The notes: generated by a model from the letters alone, not told the origin. 64,000 nt of DNA from Candidatus Heimdallarchaeota archaeon (GCA_030668875.1 DAOVER010000003.1:3395-67394), one strand, 5' to 3'; positions 39,288 to 49,626 are shown, counted from the first letter of the stretch. Numbers and translations: made by a program.

Positions 39288-41120
39288 TTACAACCTTCTT
39301 TTGAAGAAATCGATGAAATGGTTGAAGGTTCGGATTCTCATTCCAATATCAGAGAAAGCACCGTGACCTTCATCAGTAAATTCGACATACTCGAATGTCT
39401 TTTCTCCTTCAGATGCTTCCTTCCAACCCATCTCTATGAGTTTGTCTCTGAATTGTCTACTCTCTTCAACTGGACATCGAGGGTCATTCACACCATGAAT
39501 CATTTGAATTGGAACTTTAATATTATCTATAAAATTCATAGCAGAACCATTTTTCCAAACCTCTTTGTTTTCTTCATAAGATCCTAGATGTTGAATAAGG
39601 AAGTATTGGAAATGAGGTTTAGATTTGTCAAACATTGTTTTTAGATCAGAAATACCTATCCATGCAGAACCAGTTTTCCATCCTTCATCAGCAAATTTTG
39701 TTAATTGGATGAATGTCATAAATCCACCGTATGATCCACCAAAAACACCAATTCTATCTGGGTCAACATAGTCTAATTTTTCTAGATATTTCTTTGCCCA
39801 AACAACATCTTTTCCGTCTCCTCCGCCCCAATCTTTTAGATTGAGTTCCATGAATTCCTTTCCATAACCAGTACTGCCTCTGATGTTTGGATTAAGAATA
39901 ACAAACCCTTCATGAGCAAATACTTGAGAAAACATATCGAACATTTGGAAGTATTGACTGGTTGGTCCTCCATGAACATTAACTAACGCAGGATATTTTT
40001 TACCTGATTCAAGTTTAGGTGTATAGAGGGTAGCAGCAATTTCTCTTTCATCAAAAGACGGGTATTTGATATACTGTTGCCTATAGAAGTCATCTGCGTC
40101 TAAATCAGTTTGAGGTGGAATCAAGATTTTCTCTTCACCATTTTCTATGTCATACCTTCCTAAAATCATAGGTGTTTCAGAATCCATCCTCATGTAAACA
40201 AGATATTTATCATTCAGACACCAACGAGCATTGTATGTAAGCCCTTTGAACCCTAGTTCTTTTACATCTCCAGATTCAACATTATATATACTTGGTATTA
40301 ACTCTGCTTCATGATTTTTTAAGACTATTAACTTTTTACTGTCATCTGAGAATAAGATGGGATTTTCTTCATGTTTCCCTTCTCCTAACCACTTGATTTG
40401 GTTAGTTTCAAGATTATAAAGACCAGTAGTTACTATCCCAGTTTGATCACTTGATATTGCTAGGTATTTACCATCTTTACTTACATGGCTGAAGGAATCA
40501 TTAGAATCGTCAGAGATATTGACTAATTTTTTAATCTCACTACCATCCTCTTTGATTGCCCAAATATCAGTATTTTTCACGTTGTAAGTTTCGTTATAAT
40601 TGAAATAGATCCAACCATTTTTTGCCCATTCAGCAAGACCCCAAACAGGTTTATCAAAAGCAGTCAGTTGCAGTACTTCTTTAGTTTCGAGATCTAAGGT
40701 AAATAGATTCATTTGGTCATGCCTGTTTGAAGAGAAAAGAAGCTTCTTTCCATCAGGACTCACATCTATGGGATATTCCATAGCCTCTGGTGTATCTGTA
40801 AGTTGAATGCTTTCTTTAGTCTCAGTGTTGAAAAGAAAGATATTATGTTGTTCATCTCCATCTACATCACGAGTATAGGTTATGTGAATATCATCTTTTA
40901 ACCAAATGTAACCTGCTCGAATAGCTTTAGGAAGCTCACCATCAGTAATTTGACTATATTCTAAAGTTGCCGGATCTAAAATATAAAACTCCTGTCTTTT
41001 TGTTTTATTCCAGTAAAAACTTATTTTATCTCTTTTATTATTAGCCGATATGAACGAAAAACTAGGGATGGAAGCTAGTTTTTCTAATGTAATTTCTTTA
41101 ACCATAATTATCAAACACAA
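39288..41120 (-). CDS. S9 family peptidase (acylaminoacyl-peptidase / dipeptidyl-peptidase-like): beta-propeller plus alpha/beta hydrolase
   Basis: GVFGGSYGGFMT (GxSxGG nucleophile), later Asp and His (HGVNDPRCP, EGHG); N-terminal TolB-like propeller repeats. Confidence 0.75.
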   Translation of the reverse strand: MCLIIMVKEITLEKLASIPSFSFISANNKRDKISFYWNKTKRQEFYILDPATLEYSQITDGELPKAIRAGYIWLKDDIHITYTRDVDGDEQHNIFLFNTETKESIQLTDTPEAMEYPIDVSPDGKKLLFSSNRHDQMNLFTLDLETKEVLQLTAFDKPVWGLAEWAKNGWIYFNYNETYNVKNTDIWAIKEDGSEIKKLVNISDDSNDSFSHVSKDGKYLAISSDQTGIVTTGLYNLETNQIKWLGEGKHEENPILFSDDSKKLIVLKNHEAELIPSIYNVESGDVKELGFKGLTYNARWCLNDKYLVYMRMDSETPMILGRYDIENGEEKILIPPQTDLDADDFYRQQYIKYPSFDEREIAATLYTPKLESGKKYPALVNVHGGPTSQYFQMFDMFSQVFAHEGFVILNPNIRGSTGYGKEFMELNLKDWGGGDGKDVVWAKKYLEKLDYVDPDRIGVFGGSYGGFMTFIQLTKFADEGWKTGSAWIGISDLKTMFDKSKPHFQYFLIQHLGSYEENKEVWKNGSAMNFIDNIKVPIQMIHGVNDPRCPVEESRQFRDKLIEMGWKEASEGEKTFEYVEFTDEGHGAFSDIGMRIRTFNHFIDFFKRRL

Positions 41121-41246
41121 ATTTGAACTGTGTTAAAAAATATTACTGAACGACAAGAAGAATCTGAAATTACAAAAAGTGGAGATTTTGATATAAAAAT
41201 GTTCCAGAATAGAATTATAGTGAAAGAAAAATGAAATAATGAACAA

Positions 41247-42539
41247 CTAAAGTTTGCCAAAAACTTCTTCTATTTCTTCCAAAACCTTATTTGCTTGATC
41301 TTCGTTGATACATAGAGGAGGTTGAAGTCGTAAAACATTACCAAAGATACCTCCAAGACCGATAATTATGCCTTCATCCTTGAGATAGTTAACTATTTTG
41401 TTCGTTTCTTCAGAAGCTGGTTTTTTTGTTTCTTGGTTTTGAACTAATTCAATTCCAATCATTAAACCCTTACCTCTTATGTCACCTATCAGAGAGTGTT
41501 TCTTCTGTAGATCTAAGAGACCATCGAAGAATATTTTTCCAATCTTAGTTGCATTTTGGATTAAGTTTTCATCTCTTAGTATCTCAATATTTTCAAGGGC
41601 AACAGCACTGCAAACTGGATTTCCACCATATGTTGAGAAGAAATCGCCAGATTCAACGCTATTAGCTATCTTGCTACTAGCTATCACAGCTCCTATTGGC
41701 ATACCTCCTCCCATTCCTTTTGCCATAGTCATAAGGTCAGGATTAAGATCCCAGTGTTCAGCTGCGAAGAGTTTTCCTGTTCTCCCAAAACCTGATTGAA
41801 CTTCGTCTAGAATGAACGGAATGTCTCTCTCCTTTAGAATACGAGCAATTGTTTCAAAGTATGAAACAGGTGGGACAATTATACCTCCTTCTCCAAGAAT
41901 AGGTTCCATAATAAATGCAGCAACATCTCCAACTATGTGTTTATCAATAATTTCTTCAACAGCAAGTGCACAGTCAGTACCTAATTCATCCTCATCCATT
42001 TTTGTTCTATAACTATAAGGAACTGGAGCATGAACTATTCCGGGAATATTTGTATAATTAGCTAAACCTTTTTTGTATTTTCCCTGTCCTGTAAGACTTA
42101 AGGCATAACCCAATCTTCCATGAAAAGAACCTTCTAGAGCGATTAAAGTTCCACCAGGTTTTCCTTGTGAATATGCATGTTTTTTAACTAATTTTACTGC
42201 ATTTTCAACTGCTTCTGTTCCGCTATTACATAGATAAGTGTGTTTTAAGTATGTTGGAGTGATTTCTTCAAGCTTTTCGACTAGAAGTGTTTGAGGAATA
42301 TTGAAAAACCTCCCTGATGTATGTATTAATTTCTTCATTTGATTTGTTGCAGCCTGAACTAATCTATCGTGTGCATGTCCAACATTAGAAACTGCTATCC
42401 CTGCAAAACAATCTATGTACTCTTTTCCATTAATATCTTTTAGAATTGCTCCTTGTCCTTCAACTAGCACCAGAGGTACTCTAGCATATCCTTGTACAAA
42501 AAATTCTTTGTCTTTTTTTACTATTTCCTCAAAATTCAC
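41247..42539 (-). CDS. Class III aminotransferase (acetylornithine / GABA / ornithine aminotransferase family)
   Basis: DEVQSGFGRTGKLFA and TMAKGMGGGMPIGA (PLP-Lys region). Confidence 0.8.
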   Translation of the reverse strand: MNFEEIVKKDKEFFVQGYARVPLVLVEGQGAILKDINGKEYIDCFAGIAVSNVGHAHDRLVQAATNQMKKLIHTSGRFFNIPQTLLVEKLEEITPTYLKHTYLCNSGTEAVENAVKLVKKHAYSQGKPGGTLIALEGSFHGRLGYALSLTGQGKYKKGLANYTNIPGIVHAPVPYSYRTKMDEDELGTDCALAVEEIIDKHIVGDVAAFIMEPILGEGGIIVPPVSYFETIARILKERDIPFILDEVQSGFGRTGKLFAAEHWDLNPDLMTMAKGMGGGMPIGAVIASSKIANSVESGDFFSTYGGNPVCSAVALENIEILRDENLIQNATKIGKIFFDGLLDLQKKHSLIGDIRGKGLMIGIELVQNQETKKPASEETNKIVNYLKDEGIIIGLGGIFGNVLRLQPPLCINEDQANKVLEEIEEVFGKL

Positions 42540-42623
42540 GACTTACACCTATTAATATTAACAAAATATTGTGCATAAAAAGACAATGGAACCAGAAGAA
42601 AATATCTAGTTCGTTAAATAACT

Positions 42624-42905
42624 TTAACTTGGAATATATCTTCCAGTAAATCTTTCGTATCTCCCTGGTAGTTTATCATTATCAGTAAGATGTATCATCC
42701 AAGCATGAACTTCTCCTTCAGTCATAGCTTCTCCTGATGATCTGTCTGATCCTGAACCTGTACCTGTTCCAAAACGTGCGTTAAATAGACCAAATGGACC
42801 CACGCCTGACATAAATCCTGCTTCAGCTTGGATTAATGCTGCAATGTCTTTCAAATACATTGGTTCTTCTGAGTTAAGTATGAGTCTAACAAACGACCTT
42901 ACCAA
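42624..42905 (-). CDS. Hypothetical protein (with a 49-aa upstream ORF at about 42924-43073)
   Basis: ORF track only. Confidence 0.2.
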   Translation of the reverse strand: MVRSFVRLILNSEEPMYLKDIAALIQAEAGFMSGVGPFGLFNARFGTGTGSGSDRSSGEAMTEGEVHAWMIHLTDNDKLPGRYERFTGRYIPS

Positions 42906-43108
42906 CCATGTGACATATTAAGTTATCCAGCTTCCCATCATAGACTTGGCCATAGACTGAGCCATTTTAGAAAAAGGCATGCTGGATTTATACTTGCTAA
43001 AGTCAAATCTATCTTGTGCAAAAGGAAGTAGAAAACCTTCCAATTCTTCGATAATTTTTTCTGACATGATTTATTGATTGTCTGATAGCCTACTTATATC
43101 TATTCAAT

Positions 43109-44293
43109 CTAAAACCAAACCATTAATGAACAAGGCTTCATTGGAAACAAGTAAGGCTCTAGCCACTCTTCTGGTATATATGATTCTTCCGCTTCAAGTA
43201 ACTTGGGCAGTGATGCATATCCTGCTAATAACTGTGTTAGCTTATTCACAGAGATTTCCAATGTTCTGTCTTTTGATACATCTTCTTCAGTGGCTTTTAC
43301 TGCAATACATTTTCCGTTACTAATGTTCAGTTTCCATGTACCAGTATTTTCTTCAATTATTTTATCTTCAATTTTCAAATAAAGTTTTGTTGATATATTT
43401 GTTGGATAATTTAAATCTTCAAAACACATTTTCAAATTTAGAACTCGTAACATCCCTGGCCACGAAGCAAACTTATGTTCTGAGTTGTAGTCTACTAAGT
43501 AGCTCAAAATCTCTTCTTCATAGGGTAAATTTATCATTATATGTTTAACATCACTATCAAAATTCCTAAGAAAGGATAGCATTGTCTTTTTAGTAGAGAT
43601 ATCAATGTAAGCAAGATCGAGTATATTCATATCATGTTGATATTCGTCTGTTTTTTTTAGCTTGAAGCAAAAGTAACCTACAGGTTCCTCTCCTCTCTCA
43701 AATAGATACATCTTGAACCTTTGTGGATAACCCCTAAGTTTCCAAGCATCTTCTTTTCCAACAATTCTAGTATATTTATTAACCGCATTCTGAGCTATTT
43801 TGTTTAGTTTCTCGAAATCTTTCGAATGATCATATCTTATAATTGAAATGTTCTCATCTTTCTGAATATCTTTTCGAATATTTGATGGTTTTATCTTATA
43901 GGATATAGCTTTCTCAACGCTTGCATAACCAAATTTACTATAAAACTTATGTTCAAAAGGCCAAAGTGCGCTATAAATGTAACCGTCATCCTTCATTTTT
44001 CGAAGCAAAATATTCATCAGTTTATTTATTAAACCTTTTCTTCTATGAACTGGGCTAGTCATAACAAAAGCTATTCCTGCACATTTAAACAACTGATTTC
44101 TTATGAATATTTCAAAGAATCTTCCATCTGCAGCAGCTTGTAAATTATTGTCTTCAAATGCTCCAAGAAAATATTGCTCACTAAATTCTTTGAAATCTTT
44201 TTTCATATCTTCTACAGATTCATGAAAACAAGTAGCAGCTAATTCAGCTAATTGATCATATTCATCTTTTGATGAAATCTGTCTAAATTTCAT
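43109..44293 (-). CDS. Eis-like GNAT acetyltransferase (GNAT plus SCP2-like C-terminal region)
   Basis: GIAFVMTSPVHRRKGLINKLM (acetyl-CoA binding motif A); about 400 aa, as in Eis-family proteins. Confidence 0.55.
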   Translation of the reverse strand: MKFRQISSKDEYDQLAELAATCFHESVEDMKKDFKEFSEQYFLGAFEDNNLQAAADGRFFEIFIRNQLFKCAGIAFVMTSPVHRRKGLINKLMNILLRKMKDDGYIYSALWPFEHKFYSKFGYASVEKAISYKIKPSNIRKDIQKDENISIIRYDHSKDFEKLNKIAQNAVNKYTRIVGKEDAWKLRGYPQRFKMYLFERGEEPVGYFCFKLKKTDEYQHDMNILDLAYIDISTKKTMLSFLRNFDSDVKHIMINLPYEEEILSYLVDYNSEHKFASWPGMLRVLNLKMCFEDLNYPTNISTKLYLKIEDKIIEENTGTWKLNISNGKCIAVKATEEDVSKDRTLEISVNKLTQLLAGYASLPKLLEAEESYIPEEWLEPYLFPMKPCSLMVWF

Positions 44294-44384
44294 AATCTGC
44301 GATGAAACTACGAAGTTTTAAATATTGTTTTCAACTAGAAATATATTGTTGAAATATTTAATAGCAGGTAAATTGAATATATAA

Positions 44385-45848
44385 TTGAATTTCTTAGCTG
44401 GGGTTACTTTGACAATTACTGAATTGAGAGATGAAACGGAGGAAGATCAACCAAAAGAAATGAAGAGGATTGTAACGTTAGATTTCCTAAGAGGTGTGGC
44501 AATCTTTGCAGTTATTTTCATTCATTCCTTCCAGTATCTTTATGACTATACTTGGATTATAGAAGACCCCTCTCTTGTTCTGGAATTTCCTATACCTTTT
44601 CTCATCATAGCTGGTGTTTTAGGATATTTCGGACTTTGGGTTGCTTTCTTCATCTTGATTTCAGGAACAGTTAATGCTTATGTAATGACACGAAAAGCTG
44701 TATCTATAAAGAAAAGGCACGTTATTTTAACCAAGCAATTAGTAACAGGTGTCTTCATTTTAATTCTTGGTTATATTAAGGAAGCTTTCTTTTATTGGGG
44801 ATATATTGGACACTCTTTTAGATCTGGAGATTGGACTAATTTCTATCCTCTTTGGAGTTCATTGTTCGAAATGAAACCTCTTCAAATAATCGGTTGGACG
44901 ATGATTATTAATGGATTTATTCACTATTTACTAATGTTAAGAGATGGTCATAAGAAGTACATTAGAAACATGATACTATATGGTTTGTTTATCCTAATTG
45001 TTCTGGTATTAACACCTTTCCTTCAGAGTTGGGCAAAATCTATTTACTCTGACTGGGGTTCCATTACTTGGAGTAATTTGTCTCCTTATATTGAGCATTG
45101 GGGGCGTGATGGATGGCCAAACCATCATCTGGCTACGGCAAATGCTTCGTTTCCAATTTGGTTTTTGACTTTAATTACTGGTGAAAATCAACCTCTATTT
45201 CCGTTTTTAGCAACTTCATTTGCGGGTTCTATGATTGGTATTTCTCTTGCTAAACCAAACCAAAGAAAGCTCTTCCCATTATGGGGTGGTGTCGCTGGTT
45301 TAACATGTATCTTAACAGGTGTTTTGTTAGGTGTTTTTGGAGTTCCTTTTACATTTGTATCAACACCTCCTGCGATTCCAACATATCTTGTACATCTTGG
45401 AGGACAAACAATTGTTCTGATGGTTTTTCTAGGCTTAGTAGAATTCAGAGGACGTGGAAAAATTTTCGCTAATCGAAAAACAGTGAAATTCTTTCGGTTA
45501 TGGTCAATGGTTTCATTGACAGTTTTTATGACTGATTTGTATTTTTATGTGCCAAGATATTTCCTTTCATTAATATTGGATATTTTCACGGAATACAATA
45601 TTATGGAAGATGGAATATTCACAGATGTTGAGGGACTTCCATGGGTTTTGTTAGTATCTTTTGTAGTTCTGTTATTCTATGAACTTCTTGTCTGGGTGTG
45701 GAGTAAACTGAATTTTGTTGGAACAGCTGAATGGATGCTAATCCAGATGCAAGGTAAGTTAACAGGACAGAAGTCATCAAGATTAGATGTGAAAACTATG
45801 ATGAACAAGGTTCACTGGGTTAATTTTCCAAAAAGCAAAAAGTTGTAG
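44385..45848 (+). CDS. DUF1624 / HGSNAT-like membrane acyltransferase family protein
   Basis: LDFLRGVAIFAVIFIHS N-terminal motif; 10 or more TM segments. Confidence 0.4.
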   Translation: MNFLAGVTLTITELRDETEEDQPKEMKRIVTLDFLRGVAIFAVIFIHSFQYLYDYTWIIEDPSLVLEFPIPFLIIAGVLGYFGLWVAFFILISGTVNAYVMTRKAVSIKKRHVILTKQLVTGVFILILGYIKEAFFYWGYIGHSFRSGDWTNFYPLWSSLFEMKPLQIIGWTMIINGFIHYLLMLRDGHKKYIRNMILYGLFILIVLVLTPFLQSWAKSIYSDWGSITWSNLSPYIEHWGRDGWPNHHLATANASFPIWFLTLITGENQPLFPFLATSFAGSMIGISLAKPNQRKLFPLWGGVAGLTCILTGVLLGVFGVPFTFVSTPPAIPTYLVHLGGQTIVLMVFLGLVEFRGRGKIFANRKTVKFFRLWSMVSLTVFMTDLYFYVPRYFLSLILDIFTEYNIMEDGIFTDVEGLPWVLLVSFVVLLFYELLVWVWSKLNFVGTAEWMLIQMQGKLTGQKSSRLDVKTMMNKVHWVNFPKSKKL

Positions 45849-45930
45849 ATTAGTAATGCTAAATATATTTCTTACAGTATTATCTTTTCTCGAATAAAGT
45901 TTTTAAAGAAGTTAAAGAAGAAAATCAAAT

Positions 45931-46665
45931 ATGATAACTATTGATGTTCTATGGGCTACAGCCTTAGGTTATCTTTTAGGATCAATCCCTATCGCTTGGA
46001 TAGTAGTAAAATTATGGTTGAAAATAGATATTCGTACCGTAGGATCTAAAAATGTTGGAGGACGCAATGTTGTTAGAGCTTTCCGAGAACAAGAAAAACC
46101 AAAAGGTTTAGCTTACACAGTTGGAATTATTGAAGCTATACTTGATATGCTAAAAGGTTTCTTTGCAATGTGGTTAGCAGTCTGGATTTCATACGCTACT
46201 GCTGCAGATGGAGTTGTAGATCCATGGGTGATTGCTTTCGCTGGTCCAGCAGCTATTTTAGGTCATAATTGGCCAATTTGGTTGTGGGGTCCTGGAGGAA
46301 AAGGTGTTGCTTCAACACTTGGTTCATTAGCTTTCTTTAATCCCGTATTTATCCCAATCTGGATATTAGCATTCTTTGTTTTTGGATCAGCCATTATGTA
46401 CAGTTCGATAACTTACCTAGTTACCTTCGTAGTAATGGGAGTTATTCTGTTCTTTTGGACATGGATTGTATCTCCAATGGAGATGTTTCTGGTACCTGCA
46501 GATACGCCTGAACTAGGTCTTATTGCAATGGTAACAATGTTTGCAATAACATTAGTTGTACTTTCTCGACAAGGAGAGAACTTCCGTAAGATCAAGAATG
46601 GCGAAGCTAAAAAGATGAAACTTTGGAAAATTTTCAAAGGAAAAGCAGATGAAGCTTTAAAGTAA
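45931..46665 (+). CDS. plsY: PlsY-family (DUF205) acyl-phosphate:glycerol-3-phosphate acyltransferase-like protein
   Basis: GSKNVGGRNVVRAF matches GSGNPGATNVLR; LDMLKGF; GHNWPIWLWGPGGKGVAST matches HIWPVFFGFKGGKGVAT. Confidence 0.6.
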   Translation: MITIDVLWATALGYLLGSIPIAWIVVKLWLKIDIRTVGSKNVGGRNVVRAFREQEKPKGLAYTVGIIEAILDMLKGFFAMWLAVWISYATAADGVVDPWVIAFAGPAAILGHNWPIWLWGPGGKGVASTLGSLAFFNPVFIPIWILAFFVFGSAIMYSSITYLVTFVVMGVILFFWTWIVSPMEMFLVPADTPELGLIAMVTMFAITLVVLSRQGENFRKIKNGEAKKMKLWKIFKGKADEALK

Positions 46666-46705
46666 AATCTCTTTTTCCTTTCTTACTTTCTTTTTTCAAG
46701 TAAAA

Positions 46706-48004
46706 TTATATAGAGTAAAGGATATCAACTGCTTTTTCTATGTTTTTCTCACTTATAGAACAGAAAGCAACTCTAACACCATTCAAACCATTCTTAGTAT
46801 TTTCAAAGGGTACTGTTCCTAATCCTTTTTCTAGAAGCTTATGACTAATTTCAGAAGCTAGTCGTTTACCTTTAATTTGGAAGTAACCAAAAAATCCAGA
46901 GTTAAATCCAACAGGTTGAAGAACAGAACTTTCTCTTTCTCCTAACAGCTTTTTCATAAAGTTATATCTATCTTCTAGGATGCTAATGTTTCTCTTTTTC
47001 TCTTCGTGAACTTGGTTGTTCTTTTCGGAATCATTCAGCACATTACTCATTGCAACTTGAATGCCTTTTGGAGCACTTGAAGTGTTAGTTCTTGCAGCTT
47101 TGGCCATAAGTTCTCTAACCTCCATCTTATCCTCCTCAGAGGTTTCTTCTCCAAAACCTACGGTTACTAATCCCAATCTTGCACCATAAGCAAAATATCG
47201 TTTAGAAACACCATCAACCTTAATCGTAACAACGTCTTCGTTTAATCCTATTAAATAAGGAAAGAGTGAATGCTCAATTACTGAATCTTCATATGCACAT
47301 CCTTCATACGCGTCATCTAGAAATATGGTAGTTGGTATAGAAATTTCCTCTACTATTTCTTGAAACTTCTTTACTTCATCATAAGTTGGGCTTATTCCAG
47401 AAGGATTATTCGGGAAATTTAGATATATTCCGATTTTCTTATCCTCTTTTTCAGCTTTATGAATTTTTGATATCAGATTATCAAAGTTGAGATTTCCTTC
47501 TTTATCAAGTAATTCATAAGTAGATTCTTTAAATTGTAAATTCTTGAAGAAAACGTTGTCAATATTCCTCCATCTAAAGTTGGGTGCAATTATGGTGTTC
47601 CCTTTGTCAAAAAGTACCTGGGCAGAAATCATTAACCCACCTGTTAAGCCCCCACAAGCTGTAATTGGCAAAGTGGAAAAAGTAACCGCTCCTTCTCTAA
47701 GGTAAGCAGGGTAAGTATCAATTGTGTCTTTCCTCCAAGCTTGAATAAAATCATTTACTCCTCTTACATTTGCATAACTGAAAATTTGATCGCCGTTTAG
47801 GTTACTCAATTCTTCAATCAAAGTTGGGAGCACCATAAGTTCTCCATCGTCTTCAGTTGCACTCCCGATAGTAGCATTAATGAACCCGTCCATTTCACTT
47901 GCTTTCCTTTTTGATCTTAAATTCCAAGCTAAAGTTCCTGCAGACAAGTCAACGGTATCTTCTATGTGTTTACCTCGTTTAGAGAGAAAATCTCGAAGAA
48001 TCAT
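46706..48004 (-). CDS. Class I/II aminotransferase (aspartate / aromatic aminotransferase-like)
   Basis: KVDGVSKRYFAYGARLGLV (SxSKxxxxxGxRxG PLP-Lys motif); about 430 aa. Confidence 0.7.
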   Translation of the reverse strand: MILRDFLSKRGKHIEDTVDLSAGTLAWNLRSKRKASEMDGFINATIGSATEDDGELMVLPTLIEELSNLNGDQIFSYANVRGVNDFIQAWRKDTIDTYPAYLREGAVTFSTLPITACGGLTGGLMISAQVLFDKGNTIIAPNFRWRNIDNVFFKNLQFKESTYELLDKEGNLNFDNLISKIHKAEKEDKKIGIYLNFPNNPSGISPTYDEVKKFQEIVEEISIPTTIFLDDAYEGCAYEDSVIEHSLFPYLIGLNEDVVTIKVDGVSKRYFAYGARLGLVTVGFGEETSEEDKMEVRELMAKAARTNTSSAPKGIQVAMSNVLNDSEKNNQVHEEKKRNISILEDRYNFMKKLLGERESSVLQPVGFNSGFFGYFQIKGKRLASEISHKLLEKGLGTVPFENTKNGLNGVRVAFCSISEKNIEKAVDILYSI

Positions 48005-48215
48005 GGGTAAAACGAGGATTAAAGATAGAATTTAAACATTCACCATGTTACATCTTATTAGTATCTATCACATTCACAGTAATCTCTTTCAAAGTATTCT
48101 ACAATCAAAATAGCATGATATCCTTCATGCCCTTTACCTTTTTTCCTGTAACCAAAAAGAGATTTAATGGTAACTGGTGCACAGTAAACAACTGTGTCTG
48201 CAAATCTTATCCAAT

Positions 48216-48553
48216 CTTGCCAGAAGGGTTGTGGTGGGGAGTCATTGCACTCTACAAGGGAGGGCGGAAGTATTTTTACCTGCAGTACTTTTTCTACGGG
48301 TTTATATAGGAAAGTGCGGATAAGGAGGTAGTGCTAGGTGAATACTCACCGACAACTTGGTTCACAGGTGCTCGTTCACCTGTCCCTCAGCTAGTAGTAT
48401 TAGAACCAAGGAGCACTAAGCGCAACTGTAGGATGCAAATGGAGCACTTGCACACTCCGCTTCCTCCTACCCCTAATCATGAACCTCATGATTCTTCCCC
48501 TCAACGCACGTGAGGGAACCCACTTAAACGACGGTCAGAATGCTTCTGGCAAG
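48216..48553. ncRNA. GC-rich structured non-coding RNA candidate with an 11-bp terminal helix; candidate RNase P RNA or SRP RNA, strand and identity unresolved
   Basis: GC content is far above the flanking sequence. cttgccagaag (48216-48226) is complementary to cttctggcaag (48543-48553). Several internal hairpins (caggtg..cacctg, ggtga..tcacc, aatcatga..tcatgatt). Plus strand has a GGAAAGUGCGG element. The small ORFs 48115..48309 and 48331..48513 here are probably spurious. Confidence 0.45.
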
Positions 48554-48558
48554 TTTGA

Positions 48559-49626
48559 CCAAGTTTCATAACGTGCGTTTCCTATGATCCACCATCTTAC
48601 TCCTCACTAACACCACATGATCCAATATACATTACCTCTGATAGCAATTTCACAGATTATGGTTTTACCGGTTCAGGAGCGGAAGAAAATCCTTATCTTA
48701 TTGAGGAATATTATATAATAACAACAGATAACTATGGTATTCAGATTAAAGAGACAACAAAATATTTTGTTATTCGTAACTGCTATGTTGACGCAGGTTT
48801 CACGGGCATTTATATCACTGATGTAGCTGATGGATCAGCAACAATCATTAGCAATTCGTGCACAAACAACAGTAATGGTATCTATCTTTGGGATTCTAGT
48901 AATTCTATTGTTTCCAACAACACGTGCAACAACAACGACTATGGCATCGTTCTTGAGCATTCTGATAATTCTATTGTTTCAAACAACACGTGCAATTATA
49001 ACGACTGGGGCATTTATCTTGCAGGGTCAGGGAGTTTGACTGTTTCCAACAACACGTGCTACAACAACAAATGGAACGGCATTCTCCATTCCTCTTCTAG
49101 TAGCTCGATTATCATTAACAACATATGTAACAATAATGACTATGACGGCATTCGCCTTTCCTCTTCTGAAAGTTTGACTATCATTAACAACACGTGTAAC
49201 AACAATAATGTTTCTGGCATCTATTTTTTCTATTCTGATCTTTGTGTAGTTATTTACAATCTTATACAAGAAAATGAAGTCTATGGAGTCATCTTAAATC
49301 CAGATTCTGATAACAATATATTTCACCATAACACCTTTGTAGACAATAATCTAGGAGGAACTTCACAAGCGCATGATACGGGCAGTAACAATATTTGGCA
49401 TGACTCTGAAACACTTGAAGGCAACTATTGGTCAGATTGGTCAGGAACAGGAAGTTATTCTATTGATGGTTCTGCTGAAGCAATCGATCTCTATCCTCTA
49501 GATGAAGAAGGTAATCCTCCTGTTGTTCCTGAATATGACTCCCTTTCTTTATTTACTCTTCTAATACTGGTATTTCCTTTATTACTCACAATTGTTATCT
49601 ATCGAAAAAGAAAAAAAATAGCTTAA
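48559..49626 (+). pseudogene. 5'-truncated paralog of the beta-helix surface protein 55812..57851. The frame is open from a TGA at 48556-48558 but has no ATG, GTG or TTG before 49036.
   Basis: Hand translation gives ..DYGFTGSGAEENPYLIEEYYIITTDNYGIQIKETTKYFVIRNCYVDAGFTGIYITD.., matching GPTGYNFNGSGTTGDPYRIEDLTIDTE..YFVIQNCWIDAYDVGIYIQN in the intact paralog. Shared TLEGNYWS motif and C-terminal TM anchor. No signal peptide. The 5' end abuts the ncRNA candidate. Confidence 0.5.
48900..49100 (+). repeat. About 66-nt (22-aa) tandem repeats encoding NNTCNNN beta-helix coils
   Basis: attctattgtttccaacaacacgtgcaac recurs at about 48901, 48967 and 49035. Confidence 0.6.

Noticed and set aside
48115-48513. 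Two short ORFs (64 and 60 aa) inside the GC-rich region
   Set aside because: They overlap the structured RNA candidate, have atypical composition for this genome and lack homologous features; probably spurious.
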